From Octopus sinensis (taxonomy: Eukaryota), in NCBI RefSeq assembly GCF_006345805.1, contig NC_043009.1, forward strand, positions 11,904,001-11,968,000: 64,000 nt of DNA, written 5' to 3'. Below the pieces are notes generated by a model, which worked only from the letters and a program-made list of their open reading frames with translations, made no database searches and was not told the DNA's origin. A program made the translations under genes and the position numbers. Positions 15,055 to 28,361 of the stretch are shown piece after piece. Numbering within the stretch: the stretch's first letter is position 1; every line of letters begins with the position of its first letter.

Positions 15055-15281
15055 TACATACATACATACATACATACACACACACACATACATACACACA
15101 TACATACATACATACATACATACATACACACACACACATACATACATACATACACACATACATACATACATACATACATACATACATACATACACACACA
15201 CATACATACATACACACATACATACATACATACATACATACACACATACATACATACATACATACATACATACATACATAA
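15003..15281. repeat. (TACA)n/(CA)n compound microsatellite; similar arrays at 21364-21731, 48430-48660
   Basis: Direct reading; these arrays explain the HTYI/MYVC ORFs in the track. Confidence 0.97.
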
Positions 15282-15544
15282 ATGCATTATGGTTGCCCCC
15301 TCGTTATCGAGTATGGCCATTGCACGAAGCTCAACTGTTATTGGTGCTGTGATCGAATGTGACTTTTTAGCCCAGCTAAAGATCTACAATGTCTTGTACA
15401 GAATTGGCAGCTAAAACCTTTACCGGTAATAGCCGGCTGTAGTTGTAAATGGGCTTCATGTACCTTTGCATGTCGTTTAAATCCTCCTGCCGAATTAAAC
15501 TCTCTTCCACATGCCTTTTATGGAGAGTTAGCTAAAGTAAGGAG

Positions 15545-15660
15545 GAATGTCAGGAAGGGCATCGCTGTTACACTTCCAGATGGGAAGGGTCTTCCTATGA
15601 TGCTGACATGCAGTGTCTGTGCAAGACCCTGCCGCAGTAAAGCTGGACTCAAGAGTCCCT
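15545..15660 (+). mobile_element. RTE-like LINE remnant with C-terminal zinc-finger fragment
   Basis: CTGACATGCAGTGTCTGTGCAAGACCCTGCCGCAGTAAAGCTGGACTCAAGAGT = LTCSVCARPCRSKAGLKS, the same motif type as at 28582-28791. Confidence 0.55.
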
Positions 15661-15703
15661 CCTTATATCAATAATATACATACATACATACTACATACAT
15701 ACA

Positions 15704-15737
<34 letters not shown>

Positions 15738-17133
15738 CATACATACATACATGCGAGCGTACCATATTTGAATACATTTATTTAAATGCTTAGATTTACT
15801 TCGAGATTAAACGTATTGTTTAGTATGATTACATAGACACGCTCTCTCATACATTCGCCTATTTTCTGTATGTGTGTATTTCATAAAGTGCACAAACTTC
15901 AGGTAATTTGGACGTGAAATCGGTGAGGAGACGATGTTCACAAAATGATATATACAGGCTGACAAATGCATCTATTAATACGATTAGAGTTATATTTGGG
16001 AGAGCACACAAAGTAAAAATAAAAGGTAAATGGGTCTCCGTCGTATCGACGATGAATGTTCGCGTGTTCGATTAATTGAACTACCTAGTCATTGAATTAG
16101 CATGTAAGTGGCAGAATACTCCACAGCCATGCGTACCTGAGTGACACAATGTGTAATAAGGTTAGACATTTTGAGTTACAGGTACTGTCCATCTGGCGGG
16201 CTTCTCCACAGTTTCCGTCTACCCAGTATCATTCACAAGGCTTGGGTCGACCCGCGGTTATGGTAAAAGGCACTTGTTCACGATATCTCAAAGTGGGATC
16301 GACTGTGGTGCTTCGTGATTGCAAAGCAAACTGCTGAACCGTTTGGCTATGTTGCGTGCATCCCACCCCGCCGTACAAAGTTGTATCCAGATACACAGAG
16401 TTAAATATGCGCACACTATTTGAACCAATTTAACACACACAAATACACACACAATGTTATATATACATAATATATAATACATAATTCACACATGTAATAT
16501 GCACAAGCATGAACGTTCATAAATTATATACATCTATTATACATACATATGCATTTGGAAGGGCATACGTTCAGTTAAATATTTTCAAAATTTCTAGTAA
16601 TCCCGCTGCCTTTCATTCGTCCCATATGCCAGAAGATTGTGGTACTCTCTTTGTACGGATTTCAAGGTCTATATACAAATATCTGAACGTTTCCTCGTAA
16701 TTCATATATTCACAAACAACTATATGCCACACTCTTTAGAATGAAATCCATAGAAAAATCTAGTCACCAAAGTTTAAAACTACCAGTCTTTCCATATCTA
16801 CCGGGTTTGGAAAATTTGGGGTACTTTCTCAGTAGCCCCCTCGAGAAAAATTTTGATTTACTACATATATACAGATTTGTGTATGTATTTACTCACACAC
16901 CTTATAGATATAATATATATAAAATTTTCGGTCATTTTCTAACTCCGGAAAAAGAAAAAAAAAAATTGGAAATAGAAACCGTTTTCCTCACCTCTTTATA
17001 TTTTCTCTGTTTTGTGTTCAAGTAGTATAATCTTTAGGTACAGATTTGGCATTTTTGCCTTAAGGTTTTTAAGTTCCGTTAAGTATGGATTTTGGAAGTT
17101 AGATCAGGCAATAAAGTTTGATTTTTAATGACG

Positions 17134-17186
<53 letters not shown>

Positions 17187-18521
17187 GCAGTTGACTTCAG
17201 ATTTTGAAAGCAATTATTTCGCTTTGGAAAGATCACCTTAGACACGTAGAGAAAGAAGAAAAAAACACAGCGTGTAGATATGTTTTTTTGCAAAAATAAA
17301 CCAACATTAATAATATTGTTTACGTATGCATATCTTCGTGTTTGATGATTTGATTGATTATAACTCAAGATATGATGAACAAATGATACACATTTGGATG
17401 ATAACTGGATGCAAAAAAAAAATTAAAAAGAATTGAAATAAACCAACAGTTAATTGGTTTTAAAATTAATGGAATCAGGTCTAAAAAAAAAAATATATGA
17501 AGAGATCAATAAAATATTTTGCCACAAAAAATATTTCCAGGTAAAGAAAATGTATATAAATGAACCAAAGGTGTGATTGGAAAATCAAACAACATAAAAA
17601 AAGGCTCCAGGAGTTCGGTTTACTCCAGTAAAACTTTCGTCGACTTTCTTGGACAGAAAACGCGTTGTGAGAGAAACATCTCTTTAGGAAAACTCGCAAA
17701 ACATGTACATTATTATGATTCTTCTCGATTAAGCTAAAGACTCCAATAAAAGTTTTGCTTAAGAATACACACGTGATAAAAATTACCAAGTTAGTTATCC
17801 ACTCAGGTCTCTCTCTTTTTTTATATTTTACATAGACCTTTGATATACTGAATTTGAAAATTACAGTTTATATATAATTATGTTTGTTTCTCTTTTTCTA
17901 ATTATATTTTACCTGTAAGTTATCATAAATACTTACAGAAACAGATGTAGAAATAAACATTTGATATTAAGAAAATAAAGAAAATTTTTTAAGGTATCAG
18001 CTCACATGAGTATCGGAAGATAACTACCTATGACTGAGAGAGAGAGAGTCTTGTATATATATTTGTTATGACACCGATGTAAAATAAATATGTATGCAAA
18101 GTAATCGCATGTGGTAGAGATATGGACAAATCCAAAATCTGCTCTTTTGTCATGGAAGCTACTTATCTGTCTATCTCCAACAGAGTGTAACACTGTTGGA
18201 GCAATATATATTTATCCGATATATATCCATGTATGTGTTTGTGTGTGTAGTAAATTTCTTGTGTCATGTCTGACATGTTTCCTTCGACACAGTCGATTGC
18301 ACTACGTTATAATGATTAAAAAATCTTCATATTTGTGGAGTGATACCTGCAGCAGTTATGCTGGTAGCACTATCTACCCCGATGACTGCATCAAAGCTAT
18401 CACGCCCCACCGTTCCTCTTTCAACTTATTCGTTCTTAAAACTTTCTTTCTCTTTACCTTATCTCCGGTTTTTATATACTAACTTACTAACTTTTCTAAA
18501 ATACAAAAGAACTATACAATC

Positions 18522-18553
<32 letters not shown>

Positions 18554-18567
18554 TATATATATAATAT

Positions 18568-18613
<46 letters not shown>

Positions 18614-18634
18614 TATAGATATGAATATGCATAT

Positions 18635-18680
<46 letters not shown>

Positions 18681-18757
18681 ATATATGTATAAACATTTGT
18701 AGGTATATGTAAGCAAATATACATTTAAATATACATAACATATATGTGTATGCATAT

Positions 18758-18789
<32 letters not shown>

Positions 18790-18857
18790 CATATTCATGT
18801 ATGTATTAATATACTTCATTATAATTTCTTTCCAATGTATTCTATTTGTATGATAGA

Positions 18858-19489
18858 TCATATATTACACACCATCAAACGAATGTTCAAAGTCAGTATG
18901 GGTAAAAAATATATTAATTTCGCAAAAGAGAAAACTCTGTTTCCTCGGGACATCGGCTGCTTTCCTGTAAATGACTTCTCGCCTCTAAACGACTGCTCGC
19001 CTCTAAACGACTGCTCGCCTCTATACGAGGGCATGTTGCTACTGTCTGGTTCATTCCGAATTTGCGGTGCTGTACGCTTGTCGTATTGACACCAGTTCCC
19101 CATATATTCACTCGAACAAGAGCATTTAAAACTTCGTTGACGTTGGTGGTATCGGCAAGTCCCACCATTCAGACAGGGTTTCTGTACACAATAGTTTTTA
19201 TATTGGCATTCGGGACCAGTTATACCAAGAGGGCAGATGCATTCTTCACGACCTTCACGAGCATATGACAAACAGGTACCGCCATTCCTGCAGCGAAGTC
19301 GCTTGCATTTATTGATGAGAATTTCACAACGTCGTCCAGTAAATCCGTTGCGACACTCACATCGGCTCAGACCTATGCATGTACCACCGTTTCTGCAAGG
19401 GCACGGTAGATAAAGTTCACAGTTCTTTCCTCCGTAATCGCTGGGACAAGAGCATGCATAATCATCGAAATATTCGACACAGGTACCTC
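18858..19489 (-). CDS. Delta: Delta-like ligand probable last coding exon: EGF6 end, EGF7-9, spacer, hydrophobic tail, stop
   Basis: AATTTTTCAG|GAGGTACC; phase 1 joins QNG|GTC. The frame is open to TGA at 18858-18860 with three further complete EGF repeats. The 3' boundary is less certain because a cryptic donor is possible. Confidence 0.85.
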
Positions 19490-19643
19490 CTGAAAAATTA
19501 ACAAAAAAAAATGATACGTGAAAATCACTCTGTTGAATCAAGGCTGATTAATTGAGCATATTAATATACATTAAATCCTTTAACAATTATTTTATAATTT
19601 TTGTAGCCAGCAAGAAAGCACCAATCGTCTTATCTGAAACAGA

Positions 19644-20043
19644 TACTCTTTTACTCTTTTACTTGTTTCAGTCAGTTGACTGCGGCCATGCTGGAGCACC
19701 GCTTTTAGTCAAGGAAATCGACCCCAGGACTTGTTCTTTGTAAGCCTAGTACTTAATCTATTGGCCACTTTTGCCGAACCGCTAAGTTACGGGGACGTAA
19801 ACACACCAGCATCGGTTGTCAAGCGATGTTGGTGGTGGGGGGACAAACACAGACACACAAACGCACACACACATACACATATACACGACGGGCTTCTTTC
19901 AGTTTCCGTCTACCAAATCCACTCACAAGGCTTTGGTCGGGCCGAGGCTAAAGTAGAAGACACTTGCCCAAGGTGCCACGCAGTGGGACTGAACCTGGAA
20001 CCATGTAGTTCGTAAGCAAGCTACTTACCACACAGCCACTCCT
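19644..20043 (-). mobile_element. SINE family B (tRNA head, CORE-like GGCACCTTGGGCAAGTG block, internal SSR, (AAAAGAGT)n tail)
   Basis: Near-identical to the copies at 33140, 39568, 47904, 54327 and 61750. Confidence 0.92.
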
Positions 20044-21101
20044 ATGCCTTATTATTATTTTTTTTCCGTAATTTTGTCTTGAAAGAAATCGCCAACGATG
20101 CACACGCAGTCACATATTGAAATGACAGAAAGGGAATGAGTGAAAAAAGTTCTTTCAAAGACAGGAGAGTGCAAGAGGAGGTATGTGTGTGTGTATGTGG
20201 GTTTGTGCGGATGCGCAGGTCTGTGTGTGTGTAATGATAGCACGTATATGTGCACGCGCGTGTATGTGTGATTGTGGCTGTTTATGTATGTATGTGGTTG
20301 GACTTAACATCGTTTAAGGTCATAGGAAGAATTTATAGTAAGAATTTTGGTAGGAGTGGCTGTCTGTTGGGTGTCTACCTACACATGTGCACACGCAAAT
20401 GAACCTAAACATATCTCCCATACACACACACAGTACACACTCATACATACACGCACACGATTATACATGCATGTACACACACACACGTACTACAAGCACT
20501 CACACACACATACAGAGCAACAATACAATTACTCCACAGACACATCTTCAAGCGTACACACATACCCACACGTGCACACACACACATACATACACAAACA
20601 CACACTGCAAAAAAAAAATCAATTCCAAATTATAACCGAGACTTCATTGCACTTTTGAGATCTGCGCCCTCAGCATTAGGGACGAAGATTAGCAAATTGA
20701 AAATATAATATTTTCATTTACACATCGACCGACCATCTTGTTATATACACACAGAAACGCTCTTCCGAACATAAACTAATGCACACGTATGATTACGCAT
20801 GCGTGTACAGCTCACATAATCAATTATAATATATGCACACCCACAAGCACATTTACAAACATTTTAAAAGAGATATGCGTGCACATGTATAAAAAGGAAG
20901 TTAGACGCACACAAATTTACTCATACACACTCACACGCATACAAACACACACTTAAACTGTGAACTGAAGCTATTGAAATGAAAGCTAACTTGCTTTCAA
21001 GAACGTAATATCCAAACAATCACTAGGGTCTGAAATCTAGAAGTTTGTCCCTTCTCAATGAATAGCCAACTCGTTAGAATAAGAAATGCGCAAATACGTA
21101 C

Positions 21102-21315
21102 CATTCTGACACGGTGAAGATTGGCATTCGTTGATTTCCTTCTCGCAGAAATCACCCGTAAAACCTTTTGGGCATGCGCACCAGCCACCTACTTCTCCCA
21201 TAACACAGGTACCGTGATTCTCACAGACTATTTTGTCGCATGATTTCACGTGCTTTTCGCAGCGGTCTCCAGTGAAGCCTTCGGCACAGTGACATCTGTA
21301 GCCTGTATGTATTTC
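21102..21315 (-). CDS. Delta: Delta-like ligand exon: end of EGF4, EGF5, start of EGF6
   Basis: TTATCTTGTCAG|GAAATA...CAGAATG|GTACGT; 214 nt, phase 0 to 1. Encodes EIHTGYRCHCAEGFTGDRCE...CEKEINECQSSPCQNG. Confidence 0.93.
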
Positions 21316-21736
21316 CTGACAAGATAAATATACAACAAATATTATTTACTATATCAATAGGCATCATATACATATATACGTACATGCATACATACATACA
21401 TACATACACATACATACATACATACATTCATACATACACACATACATACGTACATACATACGTACACACCTACATACATACGTACACACACATACATACA
21501 TACACACACACACACATACATACATACATACATACGTACACAAACACATACATACATACACATACATACATACATACATACATACATACATACATACATA
21601 CATACATACATGCATACATACGTACATACATACGTACATACGTACATACATACGTACACACGTACATACATACACATACATACATACATACATACATACA
21701 TACATACATACATACATACATACATACATAAGTGTG

Positions 21737-21767
<31 letters not shown>

Positions 21768-22204
21768 TATCCGATTTAATGTGTATGTGTACACACACGC
21801 ATATCAAATGTTTTATAAACAAACAATTGTGTACATAGAAACCATAACGTTTTGAAAAACTAATATGTTTAGTCTCAGTTGCCAAAGTTCCTGTGGATAA
21901 ACTGCAGGGGTAACGGCAGCCGAAAGTGCAGCTCGTCCGGCTCACTACGGGTGGCTTACTTCACCCCTCAATTGCCCAAGTTACGAAAAAACATATCGGA
22001 ATCGCCATTTCGGAGGTGAGTTAGGCAATGTGGGATTTGCCTTAACATAGACGAAGCAAATTCCACCCCGTTCCACACCCGCATCTGCGGAAATTTCTGT
22101 TTCTTATTCATTGGTTATATTTTTACAGTGAAACTAAATATATATTTATGAAACATATTGTAAACGGTATCAATTGATAACAGTGCCGTATTGGTACTTT
22201 CGTT

Positions 22205-22281
<77 letters not shown>

Positions 22282-22282
22282 C

Positions 22283-22340
<58 letters not shown>

Positions 22341-22362
22341 GTAGATAGGTAGATAGATAGAC

Positions 22363-22406
<44 letters not shown>
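22205..22406. repeat. (GATA)n microsatellite; others at 42137-42217, 46970-47060, 57628-57800
   Basis: Direct reading. Confidence 0.97.
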
Positions 22407-22407
<1 letters not shown>

Positions 22408-22600
22408 CCAGAGTAAGCGCATAAATGTGAACAAGGTGGGGAAAATAGTACTCAAATACCGGAGGTAGAGTAATATTCTTTATTGATAAAGCGGCAAAGG
22501 CATCACAAAAACTGTTACTCAGAGTTCCCGATCCCGTCGTCGGACAGTTTTGGCTGATGTCTTTGCAGCTATATTAATAAAGAATAGGTCGTAACACACG
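22407..22600 (-). mobile_element. Short Penelope-like repeat (family P2) with degenerate hammerhead motif
   Basis: Homologous to 38950-39125 in the opposite orientation. Minus strand reads AAAACTGT-CCGACGA-CGGGATCGGGAA-CTCTGAG-TA-ACAGTTTT. Confidence 0.6.
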
Positions 22601-23611
22601 TGGGTATAAAAGATGAATATGTATCACATTCAGCTGTAAATTTTTGGGAGTGCGGTGGAATATTAGTTATGCAATGACGCTTGATCGCGTACATATTTAA
22701 TCCTAACACTCGCAAAATTATAACTCGGTGTATCACACTGAAGAGAATAATAGGTAAATATAATTTACTTTAAATTCGAAACGCGTCTGTGGTTAATTGA
22801 AGTCGTGTGGATTCATCATTGTTTTTTTTTTGTTTTTTTGCCTACATAAAAAAAGTGTTTTATTGTCTCGGAAATTTTTATGGTAGTTGAAAAGACATCA
22901 GCGTCTATTTCTAATTCAGTACGTGGTGAGGCACTAAGCTAGCCCCTGATTATAATAATGTATATATATATATATAGATATATATATATATATATATAAT
23001 ATATATAATTTGAGGGAATATTATTCCTAACTTACAGGGAAAAATTCAATTTAGAAATACTAAATCAAATTTCACAAAATATAATATATATATAAAAATT
23101 AGAAAAAAACACCTTTTATCAATTCAAAATGAACAATAAAAAAACACCATCTAGAAAATTACATATAATAGAAATATTAAAAATAAAATAATAATTTACC
23201 GATGATTAAGTAAATTGCAAAATAATAATAAAACGTATATATTTGGTGTATATATATATATATATCCTTTATTTCTACTCGTTTCAATCATTTGGCTGGA
23301 GCACCGCCTTGGAGGCTTTTAGTCGAAAAAATCGACCCCCAGGCCTTTATTTAGCCGAGTATGCCGTGTGTACGGAGGGTGTCACACCTGCTTGTTTAGA
23401 AATGAATGCGAACGTCGTTTATTTTGAAATAAATATGATCGAACTCAACGGCTATGCTATCGTTGATTGAGCATGAGTGTCAACAATCTTCAGGGACGGA
23501 GCGATCTGCAAAGGAACATCCGTATGAAGCGTTCAGAGATGTTTGGTGCTTATAGTTATGCAATTTTGCCATAAGGTTTTAGTTCCGGACATAAGTGCAT
23601 GTGTATTTGCT

Positions 23612-23720
<109 letters not shown>

Positions 23721-23805
23721 GAAAGTAAGAAAGTAAGAAAGAAAGACAAGGAGAAACGAACAGAAGGAGAGCAAAGTGGGATGGTGATCTACAAAAATTA
23801 CTTAC

Positions 23806-23972
23806 GACACATTTGCCATCGTTGCTACAAGGGTTTTCTCGCGGACACCTTTTGTACTGGCAATTTGATCCTTTAAAAGATGGCGGGCAGGAACATGTAT
23901 AATTAGAAGTTGGATCAAATTTACAGCTTCCACCATTTTCACAGGGTTTATATTTGCTGCAGTAATTCTTAT
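23806..23972 (-). CDS. Delta: Delta-like ligand exon: EGF3 and first half of EGF4
   Basis: TTTCCTTTCAG|ATAAGAAT...TGTGTC|GTAAGT; 167 nt, phase 1 to 0. Encodes DKNYCSKYKPCENGGSCKFDPTSNYTCSCPPSFKGSNCQYKRCPRENPCSNDGKCV. Confidence 0.93.
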
Positions 23973-24327
23973 CTGAAAGGAAATCAAATATCAATCCCTA
24001 TAATGAGCGCGTTTTTTCTGGATCTCATTTAATCAGTTTGTCCGCTAATTAATTTTGAGCCAGCAAACGAAATTTGTGAGTTCACTTAACTTGCTAGAAA
24101 TAGTAACTAAATCACTTTTTAAATCACACTCTGTTGTGTAAAGAAAGATAGAATGGATAATGTGGACCAGTGTACTCAAAGTCAGAAAAAATACGAGAGA
24201 GATGGCATGGCGTAAATGCATTTGCTTACACGTCTGCGCAACTAGACCTGAATTGGTGCTCTACAGTAGCAAAAGCATATCAATTTTATCATCAGTTCAA
24301 GGTCTTCTGATTCATGCGTAGCTTCTA

Positions 24328-24348
24328 CTTCATCATCACCATCATCAT

Positions 24349-24384
<36 letters not shown>

Positions 24385-24812
24385 TTAACATCCGCTTTTC
24401 ATGCTAGCATGGGTTGGACGATTTTGACTGAGGGCTGGCAAACCAGGCTCCAATCTTGATTTGGCAGAGTTTCTACAGCTGGATGTCCTTCCTAAAGCCA
24501 ACCACTCCGAGAGTGTAGTGGGTGATTTTTACGTGCCACCAGCACGGGGCCAGTCAGGCGGTCCTGGCAATGACCTCGCTCGAATCTTTTTACACATGCC
24601 ACCAGCAGAGGTGCCCGTAAGGCGACGTTGGTAACGATCACGCTCGAATGGTGCCCTTTTATGAGCCACCGGCACGGAACCAGTTGACTGCTCTGGCGAC
24701 GATCACGCTCGGATGGTGATGGTGCTCTTGGCACCCTACTAGCACGGGCACAAGTGCCAGTAAGGTGACGCTGGTAACGATCGCACTCGAATGGTGCCTT
24801 TTATGTGCCACT
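24328..24812 (-). mobile_element. Retroposon with (ATG)n tail and internal ~60-bp subrepeats (RTE-type 3' end)
   Basis: A (CAT)n run is followed by TTTAACATCCGCTTTTCATGCTAGCATGGG and CTACAGCTGGATGTCCTTCCT, then repeated ACGATCACGCTCGAATGGTG/GTGCCACC units. Confidence 0.65.
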
Positions 24813-25273
24813 GATCCCATCTGCTCCCAGACAATCTGAGTAATTATTTGGATATTTCATAACCAAAGGTGTCCATTAAATAATGATCAAGCTATTGAGT
24901 TCTATATGATACCAGATGGATTTAACTATTCCGCGTCTGACTGCAATAGCTGAACTCAGCACCGTGAGGTTATGACACACTAGTTAAATTCACAGTTCTA
25001 CAACTACCTACAGTACGAAGTTGTCCCTACAACGTGGTGTTTAAATTCATCGATTAGGACCTTGTCGTTTTCAGCTGAGCGCGGTAGCCACGGATATAAC
25101 CCCATTTCTGTAACAGAGCTACTAATATTTTAGCTATTTATTCTCTACTCCATTGATTCATTTATTCATGCACTCTCATTTTACGTTTTAGAAATAAATT
25201 TATTCAGGCTGGAAATCAAAATATTATTATCGCTTGCAAATGAGTCACGAAGAAACTTCATTATTTGGCTTAC

Positions 25274-25404
25274 CAATGTTGCACAGGAAACCTGTCCAGC
25301 CATGCTGACAGATGCACTGCCAAGGTTCGTAACAGATACCGTGTAAACAATTTGGATCTTTCTTGCATTTGGTGCAAAACTCGCCTTCCCAACCAATTCG
25401 GCAG
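25274..25404 (-). CDS. Delta: Delta-like ligand exon: end of EGF1 plus EGF2 (CRIGWEGEFCTKCKKDPNCLHGICYEPWQCICQHGWTGFLCNI)
   Basis: TTTTGTATTACAG|CTGCCG...AACATTG|GTAAGC; 131 nt, phase 2 to 1. Matches the Delta DOS-region pattern CxxGWxGxxCxxC...CxHGxC..PWQCxCxxGWxGxxC. Confidence 0.93.
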
Positions 25405-26094
25405 CTGTAATACAAAATTATATAGACTTATAAATAATTACATAATAACTAATCGGGTAATTACGCAGGAAAATAATTTCTTACTTAAGCACAAGACAGC
25501 AATTTTATATGGATATAAAATACAACTAAGTGTTGTAGTTATGAGTTTCTAGAGGGAAGTAGTCATGTAATGAGAGTAATGTGTGGTTTCACCTGACATC
25601 CAGGACAGATTTACAGATTCATAATGCGTGAGAAAATACTGCTTGCTCTACTGCCATAAATTCGTAATATAGATAATAGTTTGTAACTTCGAAGTGCATA
25701 TTGCACACACACGCACCATAGCACACAGCACACAGCACACATGCATACACACAAACAGAGGCTAAAATGCACTGCATCTTAAGTAAGCTGATTCGTACTG
25801 TGTCGATTATGCTGAACTAAAAATCATAATATCTTAGTATTTCGAGATATTAAAAGCAAACAGAAGTTTTATTCAACCGTCATCTCGAAAATATATTCCA
25901 CCTGATCGATTGCAACATATGACCATTTTTAACTTATTGAAACATAATTTGAAGAAATCCTATATATGTATGAATGTATGCATATATATATATATATGCA
26001 TACACACACACACATATATATATATATGTGTGTGTGTGTATATATGTGTGTGTGTGCATGTATGTATGTATGTGTATATATTTTTTTCAAAATG

Positions 26095-26427
<333 letters not shown>

Positions 26428-26829
26428 CTTTGATTTTATGTTCAGTTATAATAAAAACAATTTTACATTAATCTGATAGGTTCCACTATACTTTTATAGA
26501 GCAAAAATTTATCATTCTTATACAACAGACTGCCCGAGGTTGGCTTAGCAGACTGGAACTCCGAAGTCAATGTCAACAATATCCTTGTAGAAGAAAAATG
26601 AAGATACGAAGTATGTATTGTGTGTGCGTGTGTGGCAGTAGTTTGGGGTAGGTTATATATTTCTGTGATAGTTTTGTGATAGTGGCTCAATGGAGCCTGT
26701 ATTTTTGAAATGCGAGACACACGAAACTCAAATGACAAAGGTTAATATTAAAACTGAAAATAAAGATGAGACTAATATTGACGATAAGGTGGCATGCACA
26801 GCGATGTTGAGGAGAAATTCAATCCTTAC

Positions 26830-26890
26830 CTGCACTCATTCGGTTTCTTGCAAGATCCGTATGAATTATGGCATTGCTCTGGACAAATCG
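26830..26890 (-). CDS. Delta: Delta-like ligand EGF1 (DOS) exon, copy A (identical duplicate)
   Basis: Same 61 nt and same splice sites as 27934-27994, offset 1104 bp. Only one copy can be used in a full-length reading frame. Confidence 0.85.
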
Positions 26891-27024
26891 CTGGAATAGC
26901 AAACAGATGAAGAACTTAGATCCACATTTCTTGTAAACAAGATTTAATATTTGTTTATTTTAAAACACTAGACTAGACTAGACACACACAAACACACATA
27001 CATACACACACATACATATATATG

Positions 27025-27056
<32 letters not shown>

Positions 27057-27411
27057 TTATATATATATATATATGCATATATATACATATACATATGCAC
27101 ACACACACCACACATATATATATATATACTGTGTGTGTGTGTATATATGTGTGTGTGTGCATGTATGTATGTATGTGTATATATTTTTTTCAAAATGTGA
27201 CCTCGTGTGTACCGTTGGCGATTTTTTTTCCTCTGTCTTCCCTTCTCTGGATCTTTCCTTCTCCTATGTTTCCGACGAAGAGCTCCGCTCGAAACGTTAA
27301 ACCCTCCTTCTTTCCTGAGCGTCCAATAATACTATATTTGTTCCACGTCCTCGCGTTGTTGTGTTTTTTTGTGTTTTCTTGTTTGGATTAACTATTTATA
27401 TATATATATAG

Positions 27412-27450
<39 letters not shown>

Positions 27451-27933
27451 ATATATATATATGCGTATATATATATATATATAGATATATATATATATGT
27501 ATATATATATATATTATATATATATATATATATCTTGATTTTATGTTCAGTTATAATAAAAACAATTTTACATTAATCTGATAGGTTCCACTATACTTTT
27601 ATAGAGCAAAAATTTATCATTCTTATACAACAGACTGCCCGAGGTTGGCTTAGCAGACTGGAACTCCGAAGTCAATGTCAACAATATCCTTGTAGAAGAA
27701 AAATGAAGATACGAAGTATGTATTGTGTGTGCGTGTGTGGCAGTAGTTTGGGGTAGGTTATATATTTCTGTGATAGTTTTGTGATAGTGGCTCAATGGAG
27801 CCTGTATTTTTGAAATGCGAGACACACGAAACTCAAATGACAAAGTTAATATTAAAACTGAAAATAAAGATGAGACTAATATTGACGATAAGGTGGCATG
27901 CACAGCGATGTTGAGGAGAAATTCAATCCTTAC

Positions 27934-27994
27934 CTGCACTCATTCGGTTTCTTGCAAGATCCGTATGAATTATGGCATTGCTCTGGACAAATCG
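27934..27994 (-). CDS. Delta: Delta-like ligand EGF1 (DOS) exon, copy B (AICPEQCHNSYGSCKKPNECS)
   Basis: GCTATTCCAG|CGATTTGT...GAGTGCAG|GTAAGG; 61 nt, phase 1 to 2. This is exactly the exon needed between the DSL exon and 25404. Identical to copy A. Confidence 0.85.
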
Positions 27995-28138
27995 CTGGAA
28001 TAGCAAACAGATGAAGAACTTAGATCCACATTTCTTGTAAACAAGATTTAATATTTGTTTATTTTAAAACACTAGACTAGACTAGACACACACAAACACA
28101 CATACATACACACACATACATATATATGTATATATATA

Positions 28139-28181
<43 letters not shown>

Positions 28182-28326
28182 ATATATATATGCATATATA
28201 TACATATACATATGCACACACACACACACACATATATATATGTACATATATATTCAGAATGTAACCACATGTGAATCGTTGGCGATTTGTTTTCCTATGC
28301 CTTCCTTTTCTATTCGGCTTTCCTCC

Positions 28327-28361
28327 GTTTCTGAAGAAGAGCTTGGCTCGAAATGTAAAAC
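28327..28361 (+). ncRNA. Minimal type-I hammerhead ribozyme motif (canonical CUGANGA core)
   Basis: Helix I GTTT/AAAC; core CTGAAGA plus an extra A; helix II GAGC-TTG-GCTC; GAAA; loopless helix III (A-T-G-T); GUA cleavage triplet. Confidence 0.55.

Noticed and set aside
18388-18405. K-box/Brd-box-like CGTGATAGCTTTG in the putative 3' UTR
   Set aside because: Both motifs mismatch the consensus (TGTGAT, AGCTTTA).
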